Assembly: GCA_965200315.1 (NCBI GenBank)
Contig: OZ241362.1
Location: forward strand, 2,464,001 to 2,528,000
DNA: 64,000 nucleotides
Source: Candidatus Latescibacterota bacterium
GTDB taxonomy: Bacteria > Latescibacterota > UBA2968 > UBA8231
Direction of reading: 5' to 3'
Part shown: positions 18,790 to 30,500 of the stretch, piece by piece
How positions within the stretch are numbered: the stretch's first letter is position 1
Layout of the letters: every line of letters starts with the position of its first letter
Position numbers and translations under genes: made by a program
The notes under the pieces: model-generated
Told to the model about the DNA's origin: nothing
The model's database searches: none
Seen by the model: the letters and a program-made list of their open reading frames with translations, nothing else

Positions 18790-19892
18790 CCGCACCTGTG
18801 CCAAACCATCGCCCCCGCATCCTCTTCCTCGCTCGCCGCTACCCGCCCACCATCGGCGGCATCCAGACCCACTGCTACGCGCTCCACGCCCAACTCGTGC
18901 AACAGGCCCAAGTCCGCCTCGTCGCACTGGGCCGCCAGTCGCTTTTGCACCTGACTTGGTTTTTGCCCTATTGCTTTGTGGTCGCCTTGTGGGCCGTGCT
19001 CTTTCGCCGCGTCGATGCCGTGTACTTCGCCGACGGAGTTGCCGCTTCGTTGGCTCCGCTCTTACGTCCTTTGGGGCCAGCGCGATTTGTCACCACTGTT
19101 TATGGCCTCGAAATGACCTACAAAAATCCCCTCGCACGCGGGCTGATGCAGTGGGGAGTCAGCGCCTGCGACAAGGTCGTCGTCATCAGCGAAAACAGTC
19201 GCCGCATTACCGAGGCAAGCGGAGTTCCGGAGGCCAAACTGGAGATCATCTACTTAGGAGTCGAACCGCTGGAGTTGCCACCAGACGAGTTGACAGCGGT
19301 CCGAGCGCGCTTTGCGGAGGAACACGGGCTGCGCTTTGGCCAAGACCGCATCCTGCTGCTTTTCGGCCGCCAGGTCCCCCGCAAGGGCATGGCCGAATTT
19401 CTGGAAAAGGGGATGCCCCTGCTCGACGCGGATATCCGCCTCCTGATCTGCGGCCCCCTCGGCAGCGCAACGGAGCGCTTGCAAGCGCTCCGTTGCGAAC
19501 AGGGCTTAGCGGACCGCGTCGTCCTGCTCGGGCCAGTCCCCGACAATGTGCTGGCCATGCTGCGCACCAGTTGCGATCTTTTTCTGATGCCCAACATCCA
19601 CATACCCGGCGATGTCGAAGGCTTCGGCCAAACCCAGCTCGAATGTATGTACGCCGGCACCCCAGCCGTGGCCTTTGCCGTCGATGCCCTGACCGAGAGC
19701 GTACGCGAGGGCGGATTTCTCGTCGACCCCGAGGACTACCCGGCCTTCGTCGAGCAGATCCACCGCTTCTTCTCCCTCAGTCCAACAGAACGCGCCGATC
19801 TAGGCCGCCAGTGCCGCGCCTATGTCCGACGCGAATACGCTCAAAAAAAAATCGCCGCCCAATACATGGACCTTTTTACCGGAAGGGCCTAA
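18786..19892 (+). CDS. Glycosyltransferase family 4
   Basis: GTG start overlapping the selD stop; YPPTIGGIQ, GRQVPRKG and EGFG. Confidence 0.9.
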   Translation: MTAPVPNHRPRILFLARRYPPTIGGIQTHCYALHAQLVQQAQVRLVALGRQSLLHLTWFLPYCFVVALWAVLFRRVDAVYFADGVAASLAPLLRPLGPARFVTTVYGLEMTYKNPLARGLMQWGVSACDKVVVISENSRRITEASGVPEAKLEIIYLGVEPLELPPDELTAVRARFAEEHGLRFGQDRILLLFGRQVPRKGMAEFLEKGMPLLDADIRLLICGPLGSATERLQALRCEQGLADRVVLLGPVPDNVLAMLRTSCDLFLMPNIHIPGDVEGFGQTQLECMYAGTPAVAFAVDALTESVREGGFLVDPEDYPAFVEQIHRFFSLSPTERADLGRQCRAYVRREYAQKKIAAQYMDLFTGRA

Positions 19893-19897
19893 ACGCC

Positions 19898-20947
19898 ATG
19901 CACTATACCGAACTCGACACTCCCGCTCTCTGCGTCGATCTCGACGTACTCGAAAAAAATATCCGCGACCTACAACGCGCCTGCGACCAGCTCGAAATCG
20001 GCCTGCGCGTCCACACCAAGACCCACAAGACGCCGGCCATTGCACACATGCAAATCGCCGCCGGGGCCATTGGCATCGTCAGCCAGAAATTAGGCGAGGC
20101 CGAGGCCATGGCCGACGGCGGCATCCAAGACATCCTGATTCCCTACAACATCGTCGGCCAGCCCAAGCTAGCTCGCCTGACGCGCCTGATCCAAAGCGGC
20201 AAAAGCACCCTGACGGTCGCTGCCGACTCCGCAGCCACGGTTGACGGGCTGTCGCAGGCGGCCATGGCCGCTAGTTGCCGTATCCGCGCAATCGTGGAGA
20301 TGGACACCGGCGGCCGCCGCGTCGGCACCCAATCGCCCGCCGACACCCTCGCGCTGGCCCAGCGCATTGACCGGCTGCCCGGGCTAGCCTTTACCGGCGT
20401 GATGACCTATCCCAGCAGCGAGCGCGTCCGCCCCTTCCTCGACGAGGTGCGCGAGGGGGCGCACAAAAGCGGCCTGCCGCTGCACATCGTCAGCGGCGGC
20501 GGCACCGGCAGCGAAACCGTCTCCAAATCCCTCGGCTGCACCGAGACTCGCATCGGCTCGTACGCCTATGAGGGCATGACCCGCGTGGGCAAGGGCGAAG
20601 ACCTCGACCCTACCCGCTGTCCGCTGCGCTTGGTCGTCACCGTGGTCAGCACCTCCCGCCCAGGGCAAGCCATCGTCGATGCCGGCCAGAAGGCCTTCAC
20701 CAGCTATCCGCCAACCCCTTATGGCTACTGCGTCGAGCGTCCTGAGCTTTTTATTAAAGGCATGTCCGTCGAGCACGGCCACGTCGATACCACCGCCGCA
20801 AACAGCCCAGTCAAGGTCGGCGATATCCTCTCTTTCATCCCCCTGCACGGCGGGATGACCACCAACCTCCACGACCGCCTCTTTGCCCTCCGCAATGGCG
20901 AGATTGTCGAAGAATGGGAAGTCGCCGGCCGCGGGCGCACTCAGTAG
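19898..20947 (+). CDS. D-threonine aldolase/DSD1-like PLP enzyme (alanine racemase fold)
   Basis: LDTPAL, RVHTKTHK, SGGGT, DAGQK and SVEHG. Confidence 0.88.
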   Translation: MHYTELDTPALCVDLDVLEKNIRDLQRACDQLEIGLRVHTKTHKTPAIAHMQIAAGAIGIVSQKLGEAEAMADGGIQDILIPYNIVGQPKLARLTRLIQSGKSTLTVAADSAATVDGLSQAAMAASCRIRAIVEMDTGGRRVGTQSPADTLALAQRIDRLPGLAFTGVMTYPSSERVRPFLDEVREGAHKSGLPLHIVSGGGTGSETVSKSLGCTETRIGSYAYEGMTRVGKGEDLDPTRCPLRLVVTVVSTSRPGQAIVDAGQKAFTSYPPTPYGYCVERPELFIKGMSVEHGHVDTTAANSPVKVGDILSFIPLHGGMTTNLHDRLFALRNGEIVEEWEVAGRGRTQ

Positions 20948-20980
20948 AGCCGATATATACCCCTACTCCAGAAGGACGCC

Positions 20981-21856
20981 ATGGAAATCCAACCCCAACC
21001 GCAGATATTCGACGTCAATGAGCAAAACTTTGAAGAGCTGGTCCTCCAAGGCTCTCTAGAGCGCGTCATCGTCGTTGATTTTTGGGCCCCTTGGTGCGGC
21101 CCTTGCAAAACTTTAGGACCCATCCTCGAAGACGTCGTCGCGGCACTCGGCCCCGGCGTGGCCCTCGCCAAGGTCAACGTCGATGAAAACCAACAGCTCG
21201 CCATGGCCTTTCGGGTCCAAGGCATTCCCGCAGTCAAAATCGTCAAGAACGGCCAGCTAGCCCAAGAATTCACCGGCGCACTGCCTAGGGAGCAGATCGA
21301 GGCCATTCTTCGCCCTTTGGTCGCCGATGCCCCCATCCTCGAAGCCCAAGTGATTGACCAAGCTGACGACTTAGCGGCTACCGGCGACCTCGACGAGGCC
21401 GCCCGCCAGTACGAGCAGGTGCTTGAGGAAAAGCCCACCGACGGCCCCGCCCTCCTCGGCCTAGCGAAGATCCACCTACAGCAGGGCCGCCTTGAGACCG
21501 TGCAGGAACTGGTCCATCTCGTCGAGGCGGACGCCCCCGAATACCCACAAGCCCAAGCACTGCTCACCCAGATCGAGTTTGCCGACCAGTGCCAGCAGGC
21601 TGGGGGCCGCACCGCCTGCGCCCAGCGAGTGCTCAGCCAGCCAGACGACCAAGAGGCCCGCTACTTATTGGCCTGTTGTGCGGCCTCCGAGGAAGATTAC
21701 GAAACCGCGTTGCAGGAATGGCTACACATCGTGGGAAAAAAATCGAACGGCGACCAAGCCGCCAAGGACGCCATGGTCGCCGTCTTCCACCTACTCGGCC
21801 GCGACAATCCGCTGGTGGCCGATTACCAGCGCAAACTCTACCAAGCCCTGTACTGA
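20981..21856 (+). CDS. Thioredoxin-TPR chaperedoxin (CnoX/YbbN-like)
   Basis: DFWAPWCGPCK, a TPR region, and C-terminal YQRKLYQALY. Confidence 0.9.
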   Translation: MEIQPQPQIFDVNEQNFEELVLQGSLERVIVVDFWAPWCGPCKTLGPILEDVVAALGPGVALAKVNVDENQQLAMAFRVQGIPAVKIVKNGQLAQEFTGALPREQIEAILRPLVADAPILEAQVIDQADDLAATGDLDEAARQYEQVLEEKPTDGPALLGLAKIHLQQGRLETVQELVHLVEADAPEYPQAQALLTQIEFADQCQQAGGRTACAQRVLSQPDDQEARYLLACCAASEEDYETALQEWLHIVGKKSNGDQAAKDAMVAVFHLLGRDNPLVADYQRKLYQALY

Positions 21857-21863
21857 GCACACC

Positions 21864-22919
21864 TTGCAGATTACTCGCCTCGAACGCACCGTCTGTTGCG
21901 TACCCTTCCTCCCGGGCATCCTGCCCCCGCCCGAGTACGACGAGCCCGCGCCCGGCTATCCCGAGCCGCTCTCGGCCCGGCGTCAAGACGTCCTCAGAAT
22001 CCACACCGACCAAGGACTAACCGGCCTCGGTATGAGTGGACCGTACTACGGCGACCGCGCAGAGCGACCGCCCGATCTGATCGGCAAAGATCCCAACACC
22101 TTTGAGCCACGCACCTTGCGCGGCGGTGGCTGGAACATTGCCCTCCTCGACCTGATCGGCAAAACGATCGGCTGGCCGCTGTGCCGCATTTTCGGCGGCA
22201 AATTACAGGACAAGGTGCTGGTTGACTACTGGATCAGTCGGATGAGCACTGCGGATTCCGCCCGCGCAGCCCAACGCGCCGCCGAGCTGGGTTTCCACGG
22301 CATCAAGATGAAGTGCAAGTGGGAAGATGCCAATGTGGAGGATCGGGTCCGCGCCACCCTTGAAGTTGCGCCGCACCTGCGGGTGGTGCTAGACCCCAAC
22401 GAGCGCTTCTACAACCTCAAAAACGCCCTTGACCTAGCCCGCCGGCTCGACGGACTCGACGTGGTCTTTGAAGATCCCTTCCCCAAAACCGATCTCAACG
22501 AATATCGCCGCCTCAAGGAAGAGACCAGCGTCCTCGTCGCCCCGCACTTCCAAAACCCCCGCCAGATCATCAACGCAGTGTACCTCAAAGCGGTGGACGC
22601 CTTTAACGTCGCCCCCTCGGATTGGGATTTTCTCGACATGGCGCACATTGCCGCAAGCGGGGACATCCCCGTATGGCAAGCCTCCAACGTCGATCTGGGG
22701 ATTTTCGACGCCTTCCGCCTCCACGCCTCGGCCGCGGCACCCAACTGCACTTTTGGCTCCGACCTCTGCGGCAACTTCGCGCACGAGCACAGCCTGCTCA
22801 AAGAGCCGCTGGTTCAAGACGGCTACGCCATCGTGCCCACCGGACCGGGTTTGGGCGTGGAATTGGACGAGGAGGCCGTCGCCTGCTATGCCATCTCCGC
22901 GCAGCAGTGGCCCGGCTAG
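21864..22919 (+). CDS. Mandelate racemase/muconate lactonizing enzyme family
   Basis: TTG start at 21864; KMK, DPNE, EDP and PTGPGLGVELD. Confidence 0.85.
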   Translation: MQITRLERTVCCVPFLPGILPPPEYDEPAPGYPEPLSARRQDVLRIHTDQGLTGLGMSGPYYGDRAERPPDLIGKDPNTFEPRTLRGGGWNIALLDLIGKTIGWPLCRIFGGKLQDKVLVDYWISRMSTADSARAAQRAAELGFHGIKMKCKWEDANVEDRVRATLEVAPHLRVVLDPNERFYNLKNALDLARRLDGLDVVFEDPFPKTDLNEYRRLKEETSVLVAPHFQNPRQIINAVYLKAVDAFNVAPSDWDFLDMAHIAASGDIPVWQASNVDLGIFDAFRLHASAAAPNCTFGSDLCGNFAHEHSLLKEPLVQDGYAIVPTGPGLGVELDEEAVACYAISAQQWPG

Positions 22920-23686
22920 GCCGGAACCAACGCCTCTGCACCAAAGATCATCGGATAGCCTGCGCCCGTATGCACGGAACGCGAGGCTCCGTCCATATAG
23001 GCGATGCTAAAGGCGCGGCGCGACTGACCCGTCGGATTGATGCCCGAGCGGTGCAGCAGCAGGTTGTTGAGCAAAATCGCTTCGCCCGCCTCGGCTTCGA
23101 GGTCGATTTCCGCGCCCGGCGGCGCACACTCGGCTAGCTGCTCTTCTGAAGGAAAGTGCCCTTCGGTGATCACCCCGTGCTTGTGGCTGCCGGGGACCAC
23201 CTGCATACAGCCGTTTGCCACCGTCGCCGGATCGAGCGCGGTCCACACCGTGGTCGTCGGATTGTAATCCACGCCCCAGCCCACGCCCACATCTTGATGC
23301 CAAGGCAGTATCGTGCCCTTTTCCGCTGGCTTGTTCATAAACATCGCCCGGAAGATCGACACGTCCTCGCCGATATAGCACCGGGTGATCTGGCGAAAGA
23401 GCGGGTGCTGCATGTAGGCGAGATAGACCGGGTCCTGCTCCAAGCCCATGATCTTGCGGTACTGAAGCGTGGTGCCCTTGTGGCCGGGAGAGACGGTGGG
23501 CATCTTCGCGTAGTCGGCGTCCTCCCCGTCGAGCTGAAACTCCATCTCCGGGTAGGGAATCTCGCCGAGCATGATCGCGTCGATGCGCTGCTGTAGTTCG
23601 GCCAATCCCGCGCTGTCGAGGACCTTGCCGAGCCGCACGTACCCGTGCTCCTCAAAGTGGGTGTGGTGTTCGTCGCTGTATTTCAT
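22916..23686 (-). CDS. Phytanoyl-CoA dioxygenase (PhyH) family
   Basis: WHQD, NGCMQVVPGSH and LLHRS. Confidence 0.9.
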   Translation of the reverse strand: MKYSDEHHTHFEEHGYVRLGKVLDSAGLAELQQRIDAIMLGEIPYPEMEFQLDGEDADYAKMPTVSPGHKGTTLQYRKIMGLEQDPVYLAYMQHPLFRQITRCYIGEDVSIFRAMFMNKPAEKGTILPWHQDVGVGWGVDYNPTTTVWTALDPATVANGCMQVVPGSHKHGVITEGHFPSEEQLAECAPPGAEIDLEAEAGEAILLNNLLLHRSGINPTGQSRRAFSIAYMDGASRSVHTGAGYPMIFGAEALVPA

Positions 23687-23793
23687 TAGCTACTTCCCTC
23701 CGTTTCCCTAGAAATGGACAATGTTCTCCCCGGTGTCAAATTTTTCTACCTTTCTACCCGCTCGTCCGCTCCGTTCCAAACGAGGAATTCACC

Positions 23794-24627
23794 ATGCCCA
23801 CAGATACGCCCTTTCCCGCATTGACCCCATCCCAACGCCTGCACCTCGAAATCTATGGCTACGTCGTCCTCGAAAAACTCCTGACCGAAGCCGAAGTCGC
23901 CGCGCTGCTAGAACTTATCTACCGGATTGAAGCCGACTTTCAGCGCACGGGCCGACTGCCCGGAGCAAACTGCCATTTGTCCAGTTCGACTCGGGCATTT
24001 TTCCGCATCGACAATCTCCCTCATCTATCCCCGTGCTTTTACGAATATCTGACGCATCCTAGAATTTTGGGAATGGCCGAGGAAATAGTCGGCGGCACCG
24101 TCCGCCTAGAGCAGTCAGACGCCCATATCCGGCGGCCGGGTGGTCAGCAAAAGTATGGCTTCCACCGGGGCATCAATCCCGCGTATTCTCACACCGGCAA
24201 CGGCCTCTATCACTTCTCCTTCGTCAAGGCCCTCACCAACCTCACCGATCTCGGCCCCGACGACGGCGGCACTACCGTCATTCCCGGAACGCACAAAATC
24301 CCCCAAGAAGTGGACCGTCAGGCGATTGTCGACGCGGCCTTAGCCGACCCCGCGCTCGTTCACCAAGTCGAAGCACCGGCTGGCTCGACGCTGCTCTTTT
24401 ACGAATCGCTGATGCACTCCTCGGGCATCATCCGCTCGCAGCAAGACCGCGTCTTGATTCTCGGCGGCTACACTCCGACGATGTTCCAAGCGTGGAATGG
24501 CTACGATCCCGATCCCGAATTCGTCGCCAGCTTACCCGAAGAACGGGCCGCCTTGCTCACCGGCGGGGACAAATACGGCTGGCAACGCAAACTGCGCGAC
24601 TTAGCCGCACCCGCAGAGATCGCTTAA
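23794..24627 (+). CDS. Phytanoyl-CoA dioxygenase (PhyH) family
   Basis: GYVVL, FHRG, GGTTVIPGTHK and LMHSS. Confidence 0.85.
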   Translation: MPTDTPFPALTPSQRLHLEIYGYVVLEKLLTEAEVAALLELIYRIEADFQRTGRLPGANCHLSSSTRAFFRIDNLPHLSPCFYEYLTHPRILGMAEEIVGGTVRLEQSDAHIRRPGGQQKYGFHRGINPAYSHTGNGLYHFSFVKALTNLTDLGPDDGGTTVIPGTHKIPQEVDRQAIVDAALADPALVHQVEAPAGSTLLFYESLMHSSGIIRSQQDRVLILGGYTPTMFQAWNGYDPDPEFVASLPEERAALLTGGDKYGWQRKLRDLAAPAEIA

Positions 24628-24645
24628 ACGCCAAAGGAATTGCAC

Positions 24646-26391
24646 ATGCGAAACAGAAGCCAAACGCGAATTTGGTACTATTGGATTTGTTGCGCTCTGC
24701 TCTTGGCGTGCGGTGGTGGCCAAGACCAAGCGGAGCAACAGCCGAGCGTACAACAAGTCCCTCGGGACCGGACGCTGATCTTGGGGTTGACCCAGATGCT
24801 GGATTACGACGCCTTCAACCCTTTTATCCCCGGCATGGTGTCTTCGACCGGATCCAACTTTCTCTTCGAGCCGCTCTATTACTACAACGCTTATAGCGAA
24901 GAAAACAACCTCATCCCCTGGATCGCGGAAAGCCACCAATACAACGAGGATTACACCCAAGTCACCATCAAAATCCGCGACGGCGTCCAGTGGAGCGACG
25001 GCATGCCGTGGACGGCGCGCGACTTGGTCTTCACCATCAATATGCTCAAGGCCAACGCGCCGGAACTGCTGCTTTCTACCGACATGGAAACCTGGGTCGC
25101 CGAGGCGGTGGCCGTGGACGAGCTGACGGCGCACATCACCCTGCGGGCATCCAATCCAAGATTTCTGTTTTCGTACTTCACCGATTGCTTCGGCAATGGG
25201 GTCCGCATCGTCCCCGAGCACATCTGGCAAGACCAAGACGCCAAGACCTTCAAAAATCTCGACCTAGCCAAGGGCTGGCCGGTGGTCAGCGGGCCGTATC
25301 GCCTAGTGATTACCGCGCCCGAACAGCGCGTTTGGGATCGGCGGCCAGACTGGTGGGCGGCCGGCTTGGGGTTCCAGCGACTGCCCAAGGTGGAGCGCAT
25401 CATCTATCTGCCCTTCGGCAATGAAGCCAAGTGGTCCCAGCAACTCTTAGCCAACGAGATCGATTCGAGCATTGACTTGCGCCCTGTCAACATCAAGACC
25501 GTTCTCGAGCAAAACCCCAATATCTCCACTTGGACGGGCAGAGAAGCACCCTACGGCTATCTGGATTGGTGGCCGCTGTCCCTCGGCTTCAACAATCTCG
25601 AAGAGCCCTTCAGCGACCCGGAGATCCGCTGGGCCATCAACTACGCGATCAATCGCGCCCAAGTAGTTGACGTCGGTTGGCAGGGAGCGGGCAAGTTTAC
25701 GCTCTATCCCTATCCCGAATTTCCCCCGCTAATGCGCTATATCGACCAGCTCCAAGATCTTCTCGCGCAATACCAGCTAAATACCTACGATCCGGTTCGC
25801 ACGGCGGAGATCATGCAGCGCAAGGGATGGCACAAGGACGAGGATGGGTTTTGGAGCAAGGACGGGACGCGCCTTAAGATAGTGGTCGATGTCTTCCCCA
25901 ACCTCTTCCAAGACTTCACGCCGGTGCTGATCGAACAATTGCGCCAAGCCGGTTTTGACGCCAGTTTCCGCGCCACCAACGACGCCTATTCCCGCATGAC
26001 CCAAGGTACGGCCCGGGCCTTTGTGATCGGACACGCAGCTTCGGTGCGGGATCCTTATTTCACCTTGCGCCTCTATCACAGTCGCTTTGTGCAGCCGACG
26101 GGGACGGCGGCCGAGTACTTCTGGCGTTGGAAAAATGAGGAATTCGACGCAATCGTCGATCGCATGGCCGAGGTCGCGCCGGAAGACCCAGCGCTAGTCG
26201 AGCTCTTCCGCAAAGCAATGGATATCTGGTTCCGCGAGCTGCCTTCGATCCCCCTGATCCAGTGGTATCACCGAATTCCCCACAACGAAACCTATTGGAA
26301 AAACTGGCCCACGGCCGAAAATCCCTACGTCAACAGCGCTTACTGGCACCGCACTTGGCTACTTGTCTTACTTAACCTAGAACCCACATAA
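24646..26391 (+). CDS. ABC peptide/oligosaccharide substrate-binding lipoprotein (family 5)
   Basis: LLAC lipobox, GVQWSDGMPWTARD and IRWAINYAINR; no permease genes adjacent. Confidence 0.88.
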   Translation: MRNRSQTRIWYYWICCALLLACGGGQDQAEQQPSVQQVPRDRTLILGLTQMLDYDAFNPFIPGMVSSTGSNFLFEPLYYYNAYSEENNLIPWIAESHQYNEDYTQVTIKIRDGVQWSDGMPWTARDLVFTINMLKANAPELLLSTDMETWVAEAVAVDELTAHITLRASNPRFLFSYFTDCFGNGVRIVPEHIWQDQDAKTFKNLDLAKGWPVVSGPYRLVITAPEQRVWDRRPDWWAAGLGFQRLPKVERIIYLPFGNEAKWSQQLLANEIDSSIDLRPVNIKTVLEQNPNISTWTGREAPYGYLDWWPLSLGFNNLEEPFSDPEIRWAINYAINRAQVVDVGWQGAGKFTLYPYPEFPPLMRYIDQLQDLLAQYQLNTYDPVRTAEIMQRKGWHKDEDGFWSKDGTRLKIVVDVFPNLFQDFTPVLIEQLRQAGFDASFRATNDAYSRMTQGTARAFVIGHAASVRDPYFTLRLYHSRFVQPTGTAAEYFWRWKNEEFDAIVDRMAEVAPEDPALVELFRKAMDIWFRELPSIPLIQWYHRIPHNETYWKNWPTAENPYVNSAYWHRTWLLVLLNLEPT

Positions 26392-26436
26392 TAGGGGTTG
26401 CAAATTCGACGCCATTACCAACGAAAGGGGAATCCC

Positions 26437-27504
26437 ATGCAGAAATCCGATCTATATGAACAGGGCCTCGCAGCCGGTGAGGCCGCGGCTTCTGCCGCCG
26501 GCGCATCACAAACATCGGCGAACGGCGGGCGCATGTATGTGCGCACCCAGAGTTTTGGGTCAACCGATGCCGAGTTGCGCTTTTTGCAGCGCTGTGGCGT
26601 GCGCCACAAGGCCGCCAACTTTCCCTTCCACCCCGACCGCGGCTGGGACCTCGATGAGTTGCTCCGGGAAAGAGAGCACCACGAGGCCTTTGGGCTGACG
26701 CTCGATATGAGCTTGCTACCCATATATCAGCACTTGCCCAACATCATCTATTTCGGCAAAAGCCCGGAACGCGACCGGGAAATCGACCTCGTATGCGAAA
26801 TGATCCGCACCGCTTCGCGCGCCGGCATCGATTCTCTGCGCTATAACACGTGCATCCTGCCCATCGACCGGACGGAAGAAGAGGAAGGCCGCGGCGGTTA
26901 CGTCCACACGGCCTTCCGCCTCGACAAGGTCCCGGCCGAAGAACAGGCCAAGCTGACTGAGGCCGGGCGCGTCACCGCAGACATGCACTGGGAGCGAATT
27001 GAGTATCTGCTCGAACGCATGATTCCGGTGGCAGAAGAATTCAAGGTTCGAATGGGCAACTCTCAGGAAGACCCTGCCACACCCCCCGGTTATAAGGGCG
27101 TCGACAAAGTCCTCAATGACTTTGAGGGCATGAAGCGTTTCATCGAGATTCAGCGCAGTCCGTATCACGGCTGGAACTTCTGCGTCGGCTCCATCGCCGA
27201 AGGGCTCGAAGATCCGGCCAGTGAAATCTACCCCATCGTAGAATACTTTGGCCGCCGCAATACGATCTTCCTCGTTCACTATCGCAACCTCCTCGGGGGG
27301 CGCGACAGCTTCCGCGAGGCACTGCCCGACGAAGGAGATATGGACTTCCACCGGGTATTAAAGGCCCTCAAGGACACAGGCTACTGTTACGGCATTGATC
27401 CCGACCACGTTCCGCGCACCGACGACGATCCAAAGGGCTACTATCAGTCCTATGCGTACTGCTTCGGCTACATCAATGCCATGATTCAGGCGGTCTATGG
27501 GTAG
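26437..27504 (+). CDS. Mannonate dehydratase (UxuA) family
   Basis: IPVAEEFKVRM, NFCVGS, VHYRN, DEGDMD and PDHVP. Confidence 0.8.
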   Translation: MQKSDLYEQGLAAGEAAASAAGASQTSANGGRMYVRTQSFGSTDAELRFLQRCGVRHKAANFPFHPDRGWDLDELLREREHHEAFGLTLDMSLLPIYQHLPNIIYFGKSPERDREIDLVCEMIRTASRAGIDSLRYNTCILPIDRTEEEEGRGGYVHTAFRLDKVPAEEQAKLTEAGRVTADMHWERIEYLLERMIPVAEEFKVRMGNSQEDPATPPGYKGVDKVLNDFEGMKRFIEIQRSPYHGWNFCVGSIAEGLEDPASEIYPIVEYFGRRNTIFLVHYRNLLGGRDSFREALPDEGDMDFHRVLKALKDTGYCYGIDPDHVPRTDDDPKGYYQSYAYCFGYINAMIQAVYG

Positions 27505-27513
27505 CCCATAGCC

Positions 27514-30500
27514 ATGCCTCAAATAGATTATGACGATCCAAGGCACCAAACCGCAGCAGCGGCGATCTTGCAACGACACCACAGCAATGAACCCGAGGCT
27601 AATATCACTAGTGCGGTGCGCGACTTTTTGCTCCGCACGGGATTGGTTGATGCAAGCGACATCGCCGAGGAAGTGTCGCCATCGGACCATTCAGTGCGAT
27701 CTGTGGATTTGACGGCATTAGATACGTTTATCGAGGTCAAGAAGCGCATTGGCACGACCGACGGCTTTAATCCCAATGAAAACTATGTGCGGCAGTTGGA
27801 CGAATACTTGGCGGAATCCATGGCGGGCGGAGCGCGGATGGGCGTTCTCACAGACGGGAGGTATTGGCTCCTACGCTGGCCGAATGCTGGCAAGGTCAAA
27901 ACGACTCAGCCTTATGCTTTTACCCTAGAATCGGCGGCTGACTGGCTGCCTTTGTATGAGTGGCTTCGCGATGAGGCCCTCGTCGCGCTGGACGACATTC
28001 CGGCCCAACGCACCGATGTCGAGCGACACTTTGGCTCCAACAGCCCGTCGTATCAGCGGGATATTGCCGTCCTAAACGCGCTCTACCAAGGGGCGAAGGG
28101 CCGCGAAACCGTCCGGGTCAAATGCCGCTTGTGGGAAAACTTGTTGCAAGCGGCGTTGGGCGAGATCGCTCAGACGCCCGAACAGCTAGATGATCTGTTC
28201 GTTCGGCACACGTATCTAAGCATGGTCATCGGCATGGTGGTGCAGGCGTACTTTGGCATAGATATTCGGGAACGGGCCGCTAACGACCCAACGGACTTGC
28301 TCTACGGACGGCAGTTCCGCGATGACACCGGCCTGCAAGACATTATTGAGTCGGATTTTTTTGCGTGGCCAGCCGAAGTGGGTGGGCAACCGCTTATCAA
28401 GACGATAGCTCGGCGCGTGGCCCGCTTTAACTGGAAGGAAGCACCCGCTGACATCGCCGCCACCCTGTACGAAGCGGTTATTCCGCCGGATGAACGGCGA
28501 CGCTTAGGCGAGTATTATACCCCGGAATGGCTGGCACAGGCCATGGTACAGGAGGTAGTAACAGACCCGCTTCGTCAGCGAGTTCTCGATCCGTCCTGTG
28601 GCTCCGGCACGTTTATCGCCGTTTCGGTGCACCACTTTGTCGAAGCAGCGGCGCAAGCAAAGGAGGATCCCAAAGAGGCATTGGAGCGGTTGCGCGAGGC
28701 GGTGATTGGCATTGACGTGCATCCGGTAGCGGTACGGCTGGCCCGGACGGCTTGGATCATGGCAGCGCGGCCCCTCATTGATGCGGCCGCCGAGGCCGGG
28801 TATGAGGGAAACGTGGCGATACCCGTGTATTTGGGAGACGCCTTGCAGCTACACTACCAAACCGGCGATTTGTTTGTCGGCGGCGATATAGGCATTGAGG
28901 TGGAGGGCGACGAGTTCGACAAAAGGTTGATTTTTCCGATCGGTTTGGTGGAACAAGCCGACACGTTTGATCTGCTGATGAGCGACATTGCCGATGCGAT
29001 TGAGCGCGGCAATGACCCGCTAGTGGCGTTGGACGACCGCGGGATTGCGGATTTGGGCCAGCGGCAGACGCTGGCCGCGACCATCGCGATTATGCAGGAA
29101 TTACATGCCGAGGGGCGCGACCACATCTGGGCGTACTATACGCGCAATTTGGTACGTCCGGTGGCGTTGAGCCGCCGCAAGGTCGATGTGATTGTCGGCA
29201 ACCCGCCGTGGCTGAACTATCGCAATACCGCTAGCGTGTTGCGCGACAAGCTAGTGCAGCAGAGCAAGGAGCTATATCACATCTGGCAGGGAGGGCGCTA
29301 TGCAACGCATCAAGATGTGGCCGGGCTTTTCTTTGCCCGCAGCGTCGCGCTCTATCTGCAAGATGGCGGCGTCATCGCCATGGTACTGCCGCATAGCGCC
29401 TTGCAAACCGGGCAATATGCTAAGTGGCGCACCGGACAGTGGGGCGATTTGGCGGTACATTTCGGCTACAAAATGGCGTGGGATCTGGAAAAACTCGAAC
29501 CCAATACGTTTTTTCCGGTCGCATCTTGTGTGGCATTTGCCAAGCGGCTAGCGTGGAAATCCTCCGCGACGCCCCTAGCCGGCGATGTCGAGCGGTGGCA
29601 AGGGGCGGCCGGAGCAAAGGATGTGCGGCGGGAGCGAATCGCTATTACCGACACGTCGGTCGGCGGAACATCGCCGTACGCGGACCGCTTTCGGCAGGGA
29701 GCTTCCATCGTGCCGCGCTGTCTCTTCTTTGTAAATGAGGTCGAGAGCACCACCCTTGTTAGAGCTGCACAGACCGTTAAGGTGGAGCCGCGCCGAGGTA
29801 GCAATGATAAAACACCGTGGAAGAACCTCGATCTGACCGCCATCACCGGGCAGACGATAGAGAAAGCGCACTTGTTCGACATTCACTTGGGGGAAACGGT
29901 GGTTCCCTACGCGACGTTGACGCCGCTGAAGGCCCTGTTGCCCTTAAAACAAGGCGATGCTGAACTGCCGGCGGACGCCAATGGAACGGGAGGCATTCAT
30001 CTCGGTGGGTTGGAACAGCGGATGCGGGGACGGTGGCAGCAGGTCAGTGCGCTATGGGAGAAAAATAAAAAACCCGCGACCAGACAAAATCTATCGCAAT
30101 GGTTGGATTACAACAGCAAGCTCTCGGCGCAACTCGAATGGCGGCAGAACGACGAGGGCCGGCCGATTCGCGTGGTGTACACCGCCTCGGGAGAACCTAC
30201 GGCGGCGATTATCGACACCCATGATGCTATAGTTGACTACACGTTATTCTGGACACCTTGCAAGGACGAGCAAGAAGCGCATTACATACTTGCTATTATC
30301 AATAGCACTGTACTTGCGGAACTAGTCAACAAGTACACCGTTCCAAACTGGTCTGGCAAAACTCGCCATTTGCAAAAGCACCTGTGGAAATTGTCGATAC
30401 CCGAATACGACGGAGCGAAAACGCTGCATCAGGAGATAGCACGGGCTGGTCAAGTGACCGCCAGCGGAGCTGCCCGACAACTGCAAAACCTATACAAGCA

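Noticed and set aside
18114-22919. Long overlapping track ORFs (592, 663 and 475 aa)
   Set aside because: Their N-terminal parts are off-frame run-ins typical of high-GC DNA. The real starts are at 18786, 19898 and 21864.
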